This document shows, in pieces, positions 9,966 through 21,166 of a stretch of DNA of 64,000 nucleotides. The notes beneath the pieces were generated by a model that saw only the letters and a list, made by a program, of their open reading frames with translations, did not search any database and was not told the origin of the DNA. Positions within the stretch are counted from its first letter, which is position 1, and each line of letters opens with the position of its first letter. This stretch comes from an uncultured bacterium (lineage in GTDB: Bacteria > Patescibacteriota > Minisyncoccia > Phycocordibacterales > UBA9973): NCBI GenBank assembly GCA_903892035.1, contig CAITGV010000001.1:419310-483309 (forward strand), in the 5' to 3' direction. Both the position numbers and the translations under genes were made by a program.

Positions 9966-11264
9966 ATGAACAAGTACGCCCATATTTTTAAGGGTAAAAA
10001 GGTCACAATAATGGGTCTTGGGCTCCTCGGTAAAGGTTTGGGAGACGCTATTTTTCTAGCGAAAGCTGGTGCAATTTTGACTATTACAGATTTGAAAAAT
10101 GAAAAAGAATTGGCACCATCTTTGGATAAATTAAAAAAATATAAAAATATAAAGTATGTTTTAGGTAAACATGAAATTTCAGATTTTGAAAATTGCGATT
10201 TTGTTCTAAAAGCTCAAGGTGTACCGCTAAATTCTCCATACATTGAGCATGCAAGAAAAAGTAAAATTCCAATAAGAATGGATGATGAATTATTTATTTC
10301 TTTACTACCCAAAAATGTAAAAGTTGTCGGTGTGACTGGCACAAGAGGGAAGACAACTGTAGCATCTTTAATTTTTCACATTTTAAAAAGTTCAGGTAAA
10401 AAAGCTCATCTTGGTGGAAATATTCGTGGTCTCGCTACTCTTTCACTTTTGCCAAAAATAAAGTCTGGAGATATTGTTGTGCTCGAGCTTTCTTCGTGGC
10501 AACTGCAAGGTTTTCATGAGCAAAAAATTTCTCCAAATATTTCTGTGTTTACAAATTTTATGGATGATCATATGAATTATTATTCTTCACGAAAGGAATA
10601 TTATTACGACAAATCTGCAATTTATGCCTACCAGAAAAAAGGCGATATTTGCGTTGTTGGTAGTTCACTTGGTAGTTTCACTACCAAGTCGAAGAAAATT
10701 ATTGCAGAATCCAATGATGTGCCAAAAAATTGGAAATTACCTTTGGTTGGAGAACATAATTTAGAAAATATTTCTTTGTCTGTTGCAGTTGTGAAAGCGT
10801 TAAGAATACCAATAATAAAAATAAAAAAAGGAGTAGAGAGTTTTAAGGCTGTCGAAGGACGATTGCAATTAGTGAAAAAAATAAAAGGTGTGGGAATTTA
10901 CAATGACAACAATTCTACAACACCAGAAGCCACAGTCGCAGCGCTCAAAGCATTTCCAAATAAAAATATAATTTTAATTATGGGCGGAGCAGATAAAGGT
11001 CTTGATACAAAAGAATTAATAAAGACTATTTTAAAATATACAAAAAAAGTTATTTTGCTTCCAGGAACTGGCACTGAGACATTACCCACACTCACACGAA
11101 CCGTTCTTGCGAGTAGTTTACAAGATGCAGTAAAGAAAGCATTGGAATTTGCAGAAAAAGGAGATGTGATTTTATTTTCACCAGCTTTTGCTTCATTTGG
11201 TTTATTTAAAAATGAATATGATAGAAATGATCAATTTATGAATATTATTAAAAAATTAAAATAA
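9966..11264 (+). CDS. murD: UDP-MurNAc-L-Ala--D-Glu ligase
   Basis: GVTGTRGKTT, LGGNI, ELSSWQL, SPAFASF. Confidence 0.95.
   Translation: MNKYAHIFKGKKVTIMGLGLLGKGLGDAIFLAKAGAILTITDLKNEKELAPSLDKLKKYKNIKYVLGKHEISDFENCDFVLKAQGVPLNSPYIEHARKSKIPIRMDDELFISLLPKNVKVVGVTGTRGKTTVASLIFHILKSSGKKAHLGGNIRGLATLSLLPKIKSGDIVVLELSSWQLQGFHEQKISPNISVFTNFMDDHMNYYSSRKEYYYDKSAIYAYQKKGDICVVGSSLGSFTTKSKKIIAESNDVPKNWKLPLVGEHNLENISLSVAVVKALRIPIIKIKKGVESFKAVEGRLQLVKKIKGVGIYNDNNSTTPEATVAALKAFPNKNIILIMGGADKGLDTKELIKTILKYTKKVILLPGTGTETLPTLTRTVLASSLQDAVKKALEFAEKGDVILFSPAFASFGLFKNEYDRNDQFMNIIKKLK
11090..11114 (+). repeat. Degenerate in-frame hairpin in murD (TLTRTVLAS)
   Basis: ACTCACACGAA-CCG-TTCTTGCGAGT, 9 of 11 pairs, CCG loop as in the RAYT-flanking hairpins. 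Confidence 0.4.
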
Positions 11265-11265
11265 T

Positions 11266-12516
11266 ATGGAACTCGACCTTACTAAAATCAAAAAAGTATT
11301 TTTTATCGGTATTGGTGGTATTGGTATTTCAGCATTGGCAAAACTCGCAATTTCTAGAGGAATTGAGGTTGTTGGATTAAATGATGATGAAAGCAAGGAA
11401 ACACTTGAGCCTTTAAGACAGCAAGGTGTAGAAATATTTTTTTTGAAAGATTTTAAAGAATTACCCCAAGCAAATATGTATGTGTACAGTGATGCTTGGC
11501 TTTTTCGAGGACCAGAAATAATTGAAAATGCTAAAAAAACTGGTACGCCAGTACTTAGTTATTTTGAAGCGCTTGCAGAATTTGCAAAAAATTATAAAGT
11601 GCTTGCAATTTCTGGCACACACGGTAAGACGACTACTACTGCAATGGTTGCTGAAATTTTGGTGAGTGCTGGGCTCGACCCGACTGTTATTGTCGGCTCT
11701 TTTGTAAAAAGTTTTGGAAGTAATTTTAGGTCTGGCAAAGGTGAGTACTTAGTAGTGGAGGCAGATGAATTTGCACGTCATATGCTTTTCTTTAAGCCTT
11801 ATGTTGGTGCAGTTACAAATATTGAAGTAGATCACCTCGACACCTATAAGGATTTGGAAGATATTAAAAATACTTTTGCCAAGTTTCTTTCACAAAGCGA
11901 AATAAAAATTTCAGAAAATGATTATGAAAAATTTTTACCACTTGTACCTAAACTGCAAGTTCCTGGTGAGCACAATCGTAAAAATGCCGCGTGTGCATTT
12001 GCTGTCGCTCAAATCCTCGGCATCGACGATCACGTTACGAGCCTCGCGTTACACAACTTTGCCGGCACTTGGCGCCGTTTGGAAAATAGGGGAACTCTTG
12101 CATCTGGTACGATAGTCTATGATGATTATGCGCATCATCCAAGCGAGATACGCGCAAGCTTACAAGCTTTACGAGAACTGTATCCAAAAGGAGAGAAAAA
12201 AATTTACGTCCTTTTCCAACCGCATATGTACAACCGTACAAAAGCATTTTTCAAAGAGTTTTCTGAGAGCTTTGTGCTTGCAGACGAAGTAGGATTTCTG
12301 CCAATTTTTTATGCACGAGAAGCTCCCGATCCAGAAGTGTCGAGCGAAAAACTTTCAAACGAAGTGGAGAAATTTCAGGGTAATTCACATTATTTACCAG
12401 ATTTTGATTCTGCAGAAAAATATTTCCGTGAAGCAAATTTTGGTCCAGATGATATTTTCGTTACCATGGGTGCTGGTCTTGCCTATAAAGTGGGGGATAA
12501 TTTAATGAAAATATAA
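11266..12516 (+). CDS. murC: UDP-MurNAc--L-Ala ligase (shortened)
   Basis: IGIGGIGISALA, GTHGKTTT, VEADE, DDYAHHP, FQPH, MGAG. Confidence 0.95.
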   Translation: MELDLTKIKKVFFIGIGGIGISALAKLAISRGIEVVGLNDDESKETLEPLRQQGVEIFFLKDFKELPQANMYVYSDAWLFRGPEIIENAKKTGTPVLSYFEALAEFAKNYKVLAISGTHGKTTTTAMVAEILVSAGLDPTVIVGSFVKSFGSNFRSGKGEYLVVEADEFARHMLFFKPYVGAVTNIEVDHLDTYKDLEDIKNTFAKFLSQSEIKISENDYEKFLPLVPKLQVPGEHNRKNAACAFAVAQILGIDDHVTSLALHNFAGTWRRLENRGTLASGTIVYDDYAHHPSEIRASLQALRELYPKGEKKIYVLFQPHMYNRTKAFFKEFSESFVLADEVGFLPIFYAREAPDPEVSSEKLSNEVEKFQGNSHYLPDFDSAEKYFREANFGPDDIFVTMGAGLAYKVGDNLMKI

Positions 12517-12539
12517 AAATTCAGGCTTAAAAGATTTCT

Positions 12540-13115
12540 CTAATAAGCCTGAATGTTTTCTTTTACAAAAAATTTTTGAAGGGAGATTTTAATCTCGCTT
12601 TCGACTGATTCTTGGTCATCGGATACAATGAGTGTATATTTCCCAAGTGATAGATTTTCAAAAAAACCATTATCACTTGTTTGAAAATATTCATCGTCTC
12701 CAAATAATTCAAAATCATAGTCACCATTTCCTCCTTGCGCATTTACATAAAGTGCTACATAATTTATGCATTCATTTAAAGAATCATAAATAATATTGTT
12801 TAGAAAAACTTTAAAATAAATATGCTGGTGAATAGTTACTTTTACTATTTTGCTTTGATTTCCTAAGTCATCTTTTAAAATGACATAGTAGTTACCTGAA
12901 TCTAGATCATTGAAAAAAAGTTCAGGTGAGAAGTTTTTACCACTATCGATAGAGGTGAGATAGTGGGAGTAGTTGTCAGCAGGAGAAATTTGAATATAAC
13001 CCCTATTTCCATTTTTCATCAGATTGCCTGTTGCAATACTGAAGTTAATTTCTTGAGCCTTGGAAATGGTATTAAATAATACCAACATCAAAGCAATTTT
13101 TAGTACTTTTATCAT
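12540..13115 (-). CDS. Secreted protein with two SprB-like repeats
   Basis: Signal peptide ending SKAQ; F.NL..G.Y.V...D pattern twice; GGNGDY. Confidence 0.65.
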   Translation of the reverse strand: MIKVLKIALMLVLFNTISKAQEINFSIATGNLMKNGNRGYIQISPADNYSHYLTSIDSGKNFSPELFFNDLDSGNYYVILKDDLGNQSKIVKVTIHQHIYFKVFLNNIIYDSLNECINYVALYVNAQGGNGDYDFELFGDDEYFQTSDNGFFENLSLGKYTLIVSDDQESVESEIKISLQKFFVKENIQAY

Positions 13116-13228
13116 TGGTTTATTTAATTGTTAATAGATAGTTCTTTTTTATAATTATACAAAATTTGAACTTTATATCATAGTTTCTGAAAGGTTGTCT
13201 TTATTCTAATATAAGTTAACATAAGTAT

Positions 13229-16219
13229 ATGAATTTTAATGAAGGATATAAAAAATTAAACAAAGCACAAAAGGAGGCAGTTGATACTATCGATGGTCCG
13301 GTCATGGTTGTGGCGGGGCCGGGGACGGGTAAGACTCAGATATTGGCACTGCGTATTGCAAATATTTTACAAAAAACTGATACACCAGCTTCGGGGATTT
13401 TGTGTCTGACTTTTACAAACTCTGGAGTGAAAGCAATGCGAAGTCGTCTCGAGGCATATATTGGCACGCGAGCAAGAGAAGTAAAGATAATGACATTTCA
13501 CAGCTTCGCACTTTCGCTTATTGAAAAATATTATATCTATCTAGATTTTCCTATTGAGCCGAAATTGCTCGATGACGGAGAAGCAGTTTTGATTGCCGAT
13601 GAATTGCTTCATGGCAATGATTGGGAATATTTGCGACCACGTAGCAATCCCACAATGTATTTCCGTGATATAAAAAATCTCATTTCAAATCTAAAAAGAG
13701 ATGGTGTTAAACCTTTGGACTTTTGTGCAATTATCGATGCAGAAATTGAAAATATAAAAAATGATGAAAATAGTATTTCAAGTCGTGGAGAGACAAAGGG
13801 ACAATTGAAAAAAGAAGTTGAGAAAAAAATAGAATCACTAATGCGTACTCGTGAGGTGGTGAGTTTTTATGAAAAATATGAAGAAATAAAAAAAGAGAAA
13901 TGTGTAATTGACTATGACGATGTTCTCGAACTTCTTGTTACTCTTGTTGAGACCTCAGAAGATGTACGTTCAGAAATGCAAGAAGAAAATTTATATGTGC
14001 TTGTAGACGAACATCAAGATTCATCTGGAATACAAAATAAGTTTTTGCAGGCAGTTTGGAAAGGCGAAGAACAGCCAAATATTTTTGTTGTGGGAGATGA
14101 TCGCCAGCTTATATATGGATTCTCAGGAGCATCTGTTTCGTATTTTGAAGAATTTGCGCATATGTTTGGTGATGCAAAATGTATAACACTCACTGAGAAT
14201 TATCGCTCAACTGGAAAAATTTTAGCTCTTGCGGATGACTTACTCACAAGTACTGTGGCAAAAGCGAAATTGCATAGCAATAAAATGGGGGACATTGCAC
14301 CCGAGCTTTCAGAATACACTTATCCTCGTGATGAAATAATTGGCGCTGGTTTGTATTTTAAAAAGAAAATAGCGGAAGGTGTATCGCCATCTGAATGTGC
14401 AATACTTTTGCCAAAAAATAAACACGTACGTACAGCTTCAAATATTTTACGAGATATGGGCATACCAGTATTGTCTGAAAAAAATACAGCACTTTTTTCT
14501 TGCCCTGAAACTCAAAGTGTTTTGAAAGTTTTGCGAATAATGATTTCACCTTATGATGATATTTTAATTTCAAATATCATTCTCGATGATGCAAGTGGTA
14601 TACCATCTTTGATTGCACATAAATTTTTGAAAAGTCTTGGTTATGAAAAATGTACTCTCGAGCATTTAGTAAAAGCAGGAAGTGGTGACGGACTTTTTGT
14701 GGAATCAAATCCAATTGCAAATTTTGGCAAAAAAATAATGTCGTGGACAGAGCTTTTGTCACATGAAAGAATTTCAGCAATTGTGGCAACAGTAGGAAAT
14801 GAGCTCTTGATTGATACAGTAAAAGATCATGAGCAACTAATTCGCAGAGTTGAAATAGTTCGCAGTCTTATTCACGCAGGTATTTCTTGGGAAGAAAAAA
14901 ATCCGCGAGGAACCCTTGCTGAATTTTTGGAATATTTTTCGCGCCTCGAAGTTTATGACAATATTATAGAGCTTGCGAGTCTCGGTGGTGCAAAGGGTGT
15001 TTCTGTAATGACTCTTCATAAATCAAAAGGTCTCGAATTTGAGTACGTTTGGGTAGCGCATATGAATGAAGAGATTGTAATGTCTGAAAAGAAAAATAAT
15101 TTTACTCTTCCAGAAAAGATAAAAGGAATGGTTGAAAAAAGAGATGAGCTCACAGCCAAAAGGGAATTATACGTTGCTATTACTCGCGCAAAGAGTGAGT
15201 GTACGGTATCGTATGCAGAAAAAGGTTACAATGGAAGTGAAATGACCCTCGCTAGTATTGTTGAAGATATACCAAAAGAACATTTTGTAAAAGTGTCTTC
15301 TAGTGAAAACGAAGAGTTAATACTTTCTGATACTCCAGTGCACTATATTGCCAAGCCAGTAGAAAATGTTTCGACTGATAATATGGAGAAAGTAAAAGAA
15401 TTTGTATGTGAACGTTATGGCGAGACAAAAGTTTCTGTTACACTTTTGAATAATTTTTTTGAATGTCCATGGAAGTGGTATTTTAGGAATTTCTTGCGAT
15501 TACCTGATATGAAAACCGTTTCTCTTTCACTCGGTTCTGCTGTGCATGCAACTCTAGAATTTATTCTCAAAGACCTGTCTGCGCAGGCAGGAAAAGAACT
15601 TCCTAGTGAAGAAAAGATAAATGAAAAAATTGTAGAAGAATTGATAAAAAATCAAGTAAAAGACGATAAAGAAATAACACGTCTTACAAAAGATGGTTTG
15701 AAAGCAGTAATGAATTGGGTGGATGTTTATTACAAAAATTTGGCAAAAGAATATTTCACCGAACGCTCTATTTCATATAGAGATCAAGTTTTTCCAAATC
15801 TGACAATGTATGGAAAAATTGACCTTACTGAAAAATATCCAGACGGCACATATATGGTGACAGATTTTAAAACTGGTTCATCGAAAACTACAGGAATGAT
15901 AGAGAAAATTTCTGAAGAGGGAAGACTTTCAGATTTAATGCGTCAGCTCGCAATGTATTCATATCTCATAGCTGGTGCCGAGAAAGGCAAACACGTGAGT
16001 GTATCGCGCCTGCTTTTCCTTGAAGCACCCAAGACTGATAAAAATGCTGTATATGGCACTCACGTAGACAATGAGAAAATAGACTTACTAAAAAAAGATA
16101 TTAGTGAATACGATGAATTACTTAAATCTGGTGAGTGGACAAATCGACCTTGTAACTTTAATTCTTACGGAAAAAATACTGAATGCGAATATTGTGCACT
16201 GGCTAGTAAAATATATTAG
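13229..16219 (+). CDS. UvrD/PcrA-like SF1 helicase fused to PD-(D/E)XK nuclease (AddA/AdnAB-like)
   Basis: AGPGTGKT, LVDEHQD, VGDDRQ, ENYRS, TLHKSKGLEF, YVAITRA; C-terminal GKID..DFKTG, QLAMY and Cys cluster. Confidence 0.92.
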   Translation: MNFNEGYKKLNKAQKEAVDTIDGPVMVVAGPGTGKTQILALRIANILQKTDTPASGILCLTFTNSGVKAMRSRLEAYIGTRAREVKIMTFHSFALSLIEKYYIYLDFPIEPKLLDDGEAVLIADELLHGNDWEYLRPRSNPTMYFRDIKNLISNLKRDGVKPLDFCAIIDAEIENIKNDENSISSRGETKGQLKKEVEKKIESLMRTREVVSFYEKYEEIKKEKCVIDYDDVLELLVTLVETSEDVRSEMQEENLYVLVDEHQDSSGIQNKFLQAVWKGEEQPNIFVVGDDRQLIYGFSGASVSYFEEFAHMFGDAKCITLTENYRSTGKILALADDLLTSTVAKAKLHSNKMGDIAPELSEYTYPRDEIIGAGLYFKKKIAEGVSPSECAILLPKNKHVRTASNILRDMGIPVLSEKNTALFSCPETQSVLKVLRIMISPYDDILISNIILDDASGIPSLIAHKFLKSLGYEKCTLEHLVKAGSGDGLFVESNPIANFGKKIMSWTELLSHERISAIVATVGNELLIDTVKDHEQLIRRVEIVRSLIHAGISWEEKNPRGTLAEFLEYFSRLEVYDNIIELASLGGAKGVSVMTLHKSKGLEFEYVWVAHMNEEIVMSEKKNNFTLPEKIKGMVEKRDELTAKRELYVAITRAKSECTVSYAEKGYNGSEMTLASIVEDIPKEHFVKVSSSENEELILSDTPVHYIAKPVENVSTDNMEKVKEFVCERYGETKVSVTLLNNFFECPWKWYFRNFLRLPDMKTVSLSLGSAVHATLEFILKDLSAQAGKELPSEEKINEKIVEELIKNQVKDDKEITRLTKDGLKAVMNWVDVYYKNLAKEYFTERSISYRDQVFPNLTMYGKIDLTEKYPDGTYMVTDFKTGSSKTTGMIEKISEEGRLSDLMRQLAMYSYLIAGAEKGKHVSVSRLLFLEAPKTDKNAVYGTHVDNEKIDLLKKDISEYDELLKSGEWTNRPCNFNSYGKNTECEYCALASKIY
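15574..15591 (+). repeat. In-frame 18-bp palindrome in helicase-nuclease (DLSAQAG)
   Basis: CCTGTCTG-CG-CAGGCAGG, GC-rich island in an AT-rich gene. Confidence 0.6.
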
Positions 16220-16296
16220 TTTATTCACATATTTTTTCTGTTTTAAGTATAAAAAATGCTATAATATTAGTGCGTTTTCTACCAAAACCACTTTAA

Positions 16297-19200
16297 ATGA
16301 AAGATTTTTTTATCAAAACAATTAAATTAATTAAGAGGCATAAAATGTTGCTAGGTTCTCTTGTTTTTTTGATGATTTTTTCTGTTGCTACTTATGCTCT
16401 TGCCACTCCACTTTATAATCCAGGTCAGACACTAAATCCTAGTTGTGTTCCTGGTAGCACAGATTGTACTGTGAATCTCGGTGCAGTAGATTTGGTGACC
16501 CGCACTATCACGAGTAATTTTACAATTGATTCTCTTGGCCATGACGACATTATTTATGCAGATACAAGTGCAGCAAATGATATTACAATTTCTCTTCCAG
16601 CAATTTCATCGATTAAGCGTGATTTATATTTTATTAAAACTGCCGCATCTCATACTGTGGTGATTTCACCAAATGGTATTGAGACTATAAATGGCGGAAC
16701 GTCTATTCAACTTACAGATATAAATCAATCAGTACATTTAGAAAGTTTGCAGACAGGTGGCTGGAGTGCGACTTACAATTTTCTTGATAATAATCGAGTT
16801 TCACCGATTGATGTAAAGGCTACAACGACAGCAGATCTTGGTACGGTGACTTATTACAATGGAATTTCTGACGATGGTGTTGGTGCTACAATTACAAATG
16901 CAGGTACTCTTCAAGCTTTTCCAAATCAAGATGGAATACCATTGAGTATAAACAATCGTGTATTGGTTCAGTATCAAACAGATCAAAGACAAAATGGCGT
17001 ATATGAACTTTCAACAGTTGGAGATGGTGCGACCCCCTGGGTTTTAACTCGTACAACTGACTCTGATCAAACTTCCGAACTTGATCCACAAATTGTAATT
17101 CCAACTCTTGGAACACAAGCCGGTGTTCAATTTACTCAGACGACGTTGCAACCAAGTATCGGTCCAGATGCAAATGGAATTGGTGATAATATTATTTACA
17201 CTGTTACAGTTGCGGCTTCACCAAATTTAAATGTTACCCAATCTTCAGCGGGTACTCAAGTTGCAAATCAAATTCCCGTATGGAATAGCACCACAAGGCA
17301 ACTAACAAAAGGAAGTGCAAATTTTACATTCAACGAAGCAGCACCAGCAAAAGTTTTGACAATTGGTGGCACTGACAATGGCGCGGGGCAAATAAATCTT
17401 GCAGGCCGAGTTTTTGCAAGACAGTGGGGTACAAAAGGAAATATTGCGGTAGGTCCTCTTTCTGGAAATCCAGCATATGGTCTCGACAATACTTTTATGG
17501 GTTATGGATCTGGAAATTCAGCTGCTACTTCAAATTCAATGAATTACAATAGTTTTTACGGAGCTCTTACTGGGCAAAATATTACATCAGGGACAAATAA
17601 TGTTTTAATTGGTTATCATTCTGGTACAAATGTTGCGTATGGAAATACAAATACATTTACTACGGCAAATAATAATACATTGATTGGATCTAGTACAACG
17701 TCTTGTTCAAATAATATGGTGTTGGGAGGAGAGTCATTTGATTATTATGCCACCGATCTACCTTATCCTCATGGGCTCGGTCAGACGTCATCAAGTAATT
17801 GTTTTATTCAAGATCATCAACCAAAATATTCTATAGCTTTAGGTTCGGGTGCAAATATTACCGATAGTAATGAATTAGTTATTGGTTCAAATACAAATTC
17901 TACAACAACAAATTCTGTACCATCAAATAAAAATGGACAAATTATTGAAGCGTATCTTGGTGCAGGTGTAGCAGCTCCAAATATTCAAGTTGGTGACTAT
18001 GTGCGCCTTCAGTCATCTAGTGGGCTAACTGATGATAGTGGTTTTGGTCCTGGAATATTAAGTTCAGATCAAAACGGTGAAGATTTCTATTTAGCTGCTG
18101 GTAGATCGACTGGTGCAGGAACGGGTGGAAAATTGGTTTTTCAAACTAGTAATCAAATGAATATTCATCCGATGCCAAATCCATTGGTTAATAGATTTAT
18201 TATTTACCCAAACAATAGTGGCAATACAGCTACCAGTGGACAAGTTGCCGTAACAGGAAGCAAATTTGGAATAAACGGATTGAATTATATTTGGCCATCA
18301 TCACAAGGTACTGATCTTACTTCTTTGTTTGATGACGGGTCCGGAAATTTATCATGGGTAAGTGCTTCTACGGCACGATCAAATCTATCTTTGGGTAGTA
18401 TAGCTTTATATAATGTTTTACCGATTGCCCAAGGTGGCACTGGAACATCAAGTTTTAGTAATTTTGGCGATAGCGGATCTTTTTTGGGAAGTAGTGGAGA
18501 GCGAATGAATAGCGTAGGAAGTGTTGTAAGTTCTGCTATCTACTCTGTTGATCCTAGTACTAATTCTTGCGCTGTGATTTCTGGAAATGGTATCGGTAGT
18601 CCACTATCAATAAGTACTTCTTCTCAAACATTTGCACTAAATAGTGGGGTTTCTATTACTTTTGGAGCAAATACTGGACATACCAAGGGAGATTCCTGGA
18701 CCTTTTCTGCTACTTCAAGTATTGGTTCTACAACTTTTACTGGAAGTGGTCTTAATGATATGACTACAAGTGGAACTTATACTGGAACTGGAACAACAAC
18801 TTATATAGTAAATATTCTTACAACAGGAGTGAATGATACTTTTAGTGTAAGCATTAGCAATAATGGTCTTATTTATGGTTCAGGGGCAACATGCCAATTG
18901 GTTATAACGAGCCACCAGATTAGTGCTGTAAATATTTTTGATTCAGTAGCTACTGGAGGTAATGGTTACTCATCTTTACATCCGCCGATTATATTAGTTA
19001 CTTCAGGTACAGTAAGTTCTGGTACAACTAACCTAGTTCCAATTTTTGGTTCTAGTGTTGCAAGTGTCAATGTCAATAGCTCAGCAACATATTCTGTCGA
19101 CCCAACAACTTGTTCTATTACTGCTGGTCAATCAGGACAAGGTGCAACTTGTACAGTTTCTGTTGCTAACCATAAGATTATTGCAATCAATGTAACAAAT

Positions 19201-20997
19201 GGTGGTAGTGGATATTCAAATAACAGTATCGATTCAGTTACAATATCTGACGGAACTATTAGTTCTGGGACAAATAGTTTTACTATATATTATGGATCTG
19301 GTGTAATGGTAAATCGATTATTAACGTTTACAAATGCAAATGGATTAGCAACAAATGTCGGTGGAACTTTAACTGCTCCCAATCTTGGTATCATTTCAAC
19401 AAATACTAAGCTTGATTTCAATATTCCAATGGCTGGTGCTAGTTTAACTTTTAATGCTGATGCAGGTAGTGGTGGTAGTTCAACATCGACAGTATTTCCA
19501 GTTGCTACAGCAGGATTGATTAGTACTGGAACTCAAACATTTGTCGGAAATAAATATTTCTGTGCAGCAAATGGATTGAATTCAAATGGTACTGCTTGTT
19601 CTACAAATTTCAATGGTGATGTGAACTTTAACTTCGGAGGTGGAAATTCAAGTGTGAATATGTCACATTCAGCAGTAGCCACAAACAATGGTGTAACTTT
19701 AGCTTGGGGTGCGACGACAGGCCACACTGCAGGCGACTCATGGACATTTACAGCTTCGTCTGGAGGAATCAATACTGCTACTGCAAATGGAAGTAATTTA
19801 GGTCCAGATGATTTGACGACAGGGGGAACTTTTTCTGGGTCAGGAACTGTGAGCTATGTTGTCACTGTTGTGTGTACGGCGGGTCATTCACCTTGTTCTG
19901 GTGTAGATAAATTTAGTTGGGCAACAAATGGAAGTAATGTTGTAAACTTTGCTGGAGCCACAGTAAACTTTTCTGCAAGTACGGTAAACTATACTGGTGC
20001 ATCACTAAATCTTTTGAGTACAAATCTTAATTTTGGTGATGGAAGTCACATTAACAATTTAACTGTAAATGATAGTGCGACATTCAGTGGACCTTCGTTT
20101 ATACTACAATCAGCAGTTACTAATTTTAATGGAGGGGGTATTAGTTTTGGAAATAGCGCTGATATTACTTTTGCAAATAATGGATTTAATGTAGTTTTTG
20201 GAACTCCATCTTTTTTCAATAATCAAATGTTTGCGACAAATTTGACGCCATCGTCGGCGGGGCAGTCGGCGCTTTGTTTGGATCCTGGGACATTTGAAGT
20301 CACACAGGATGCTTCTGGAATTTGTACGCCATCATCAGAGCGATTTAAACATGATATAAATTCTTTGACTGGTGCAAATGGGGGAACAAGCCTCGATACT
20401 ATTTTAGCTCTTCGACCAGTTTCATATCGTTACAACAATCTTGATCCAAACAATACAAAAAATCCTCGCCTTGGTTTAATTGCAGAAGAAGTAATAAATG
20501 TTGATCCACGTTTAGTTTCTTTTGAAGAAGATGGCACTACACCTCACGGAGTAAATTATTTTGATTTGACTGCAGTGCTTACAAAAGCGCTTCAGGAAGA
20601 AGATGTGAAAGTAAATAGTATTAGTGACTTGAGTCTTACAGATGGAAATTCATTTGGTGGAAAATTGCGAGCGTGGTTGGGAAGTGCGACAAATGGAATC
20701 ACATCACTTTTTGCTGACAAAGTTACAACAAAACAATTATGTTTGGAAGATGTCTGTGTGACAAAATCTCAATTACAAACATTGTTGCAAAATTCTGGCG
20801 GTGGGAACAGTGGGGGAGGAAATGTAAATCCTGCACCTACTCCAGATCCTACACCAGTTCCAGACCCAGTACTAACACCAACTCCAGACCCAACTCCGAC
20901 ACCAGATCCAGTGCCAAGCCCAAATCCTACTCCGGATCCGTCTCCAAATCCTTCACCTTCGCCAGACCCAACTCCTGACCCAATACCAGCTCCTTAG
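16297..20997 (+). CDS. Large surface/tail-fibre-like protein with peptidase S74-type chaperone domain and Pro-rich tail
   Basis: N-terminal TM; G/S/T/N-rich repeats; SSERFKHDI...LRPVSY...GLIAEEV...VNY motifs; PTPDP repeats. Confidence 0.8.
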   Translation: MKDFFIKTIKLIKRHKMLLGSLVFLMIFSVATYALATPLYNPGQTLNPSCVPGSTDCTVNLGAVDLVTRTITSNFTIDSLGHDDIIYADTSAANDITISLPAISSIKRDLYFIKTAASHTVVISPNGIETINGGTSIQLTDINQSVHLESLQTGGWSATYNFLDNNRVSPIDVKATTTADLGTVTYYNGISDDGVGATITNAGTLQAFPNQDGIPLSINNRVLVQYQTDQRQNGVYELSTVGDGATPWVLTRTTDSDQTSELDPQIVIPTLGTQAGVQFTQTTLQPSIGPDANGIGDNIIYTVTVAASPNLNVTQSSAGTQVANQIPVWNSTTRQLTKGSANFTFNEAAPAKVLTIGGTDNGAGQINLAGRVFARQWGTKGNIAVGPLSGNPAYGLDNTFMGYGSGNSAATSNSMNYNSFYGALTGQNITSGTNNVLIGYHSGTNVAYGNTNTFTTANNNTLIGSSTTSCSNNMVLGGESFDYYATDLPYPHGLGQTSSSNCFIQDHQPKYSIALGSGANITDSNELVIGSNTNSTTTNSVPSNKNGQIIEAYLGAGVAAPNIQVGDYVRLQSSSGLTDDSGFGPGILSSDQNGEDFYLAAGRSTGAGTGGKLVFQTSNQMNIHPMPNPLVNRFIIYPNNSGNTATSGQVAVTGSKFGINGLNYIWPSSQGTDLTSLFDDGSGNLSWVSASTARSNLSLGSIALYNVLPIAQGGTGTSSFSNFGDSGSFLGSSGERMNSVGSVVSSAIYSVDPSTNSCAVISGNGIGSPLSISTSSQTFALNSGVSITFGANTGHTKGDSWTFSATSSIGSTTFTGSGLNDMTTSGTYTGTGTTTYIVNILTTGVNDTFSVSISNNGLIYGSGATCQLVITSHQISAVNIFDSVATGGNGYSSLHPPIILVTSGTVSSGTTNLVPIFGSSVASVNVNSSATYSVDPTTCSITAGQSGQGATCTVSVANHKIIAINVTNGGSGYSNNSIDSVTISDGTISSGTNSFTIYYGSGVMVNRLLTFTNANGLATNVGGTLTAPNLGIISTNTKLDFNIPMAGASLTFNADAGSGGSSTSTVFPVATAGLISTGTQTFVGNKYFCAANGLNSNGTACSTNFNGDVNFNFGGGNSSVNMSHSAVATNNGVTLAWGATTGHTAGDSWTFTASSGGINTATANGSNLGPDDLTTGGTFSGSGTVSYVVTVVCTAGHSPCSGVDKFSWATNGSNVVNFAGATVNFSASTVNYTGASLNLLSTNLNFGDGSHINNLTVNDSATFSGPSFILQSAVTNFNGGGISFGNSADITFANNGFNVVFGTPSFFNNQMFATNLTPSSAGQSALCLDPGTFEVTQDASGICTPSSERFKHDINSLTGANGGTSLDTILALRPVSYRYNNLDPNNTKNPRLGLIAEEVINVDPRLVSFEEDGTTPHGVNYFDLTAVLTKALQEEDVKVNSISDLSLTDGNSFGGKLRAWLGSATNGITSLFADKVTTKQLCLEDVCVTKSQLQTLLQNSGGGNSGGGNVNPAPTPDPTPVPDPVLTPTPDPTPTPDPVPSPNPTPDPSPNPSPSPDPTPDPIPAP
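20830..20994 (+). repeat. Coding Pro-Thr/Asp/Ser low-complexity tandem repeat
   Basis: [13 protein letters not shown]...PDPIPAP. Confidence 0.85.
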
Positions 20998-21024
20998 TTA
21001 TCAAAGGTTTATCCACAATTGCTA

Positions 21025-21053
21025 TTGACCTAAAATAGAAAATAGGGTATATT
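21025..21053 (+). promoter_or_regulatory. Sigma70-type promoter with upstream DnaA box (TTATCCACA at 21009-21017)
   Basis: TTGACC-17 nt-TATATT. Confidence 0.55.
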
Positions 21054-21166
21054 TAAATTAGACTGATAAGTCTGCCCTTTGTCAAATATTATTTGTTTAA
21101 CCTTGGAAATTAAAGGTGGTTTTTGAGGTTAAACAAATAATAATAAAAAATAAATACTTACAGAAA

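Noticed and set aside
16297-20997. Prophage
   Set aside because: Only a fibre-like gene with a membrane anchor; no capsid, terminase, portal or integrase nearby.
21009-21017. Replication origin
   Set aside because: A single DnaA box with no cluster and no dnaA/dnaN nearby.
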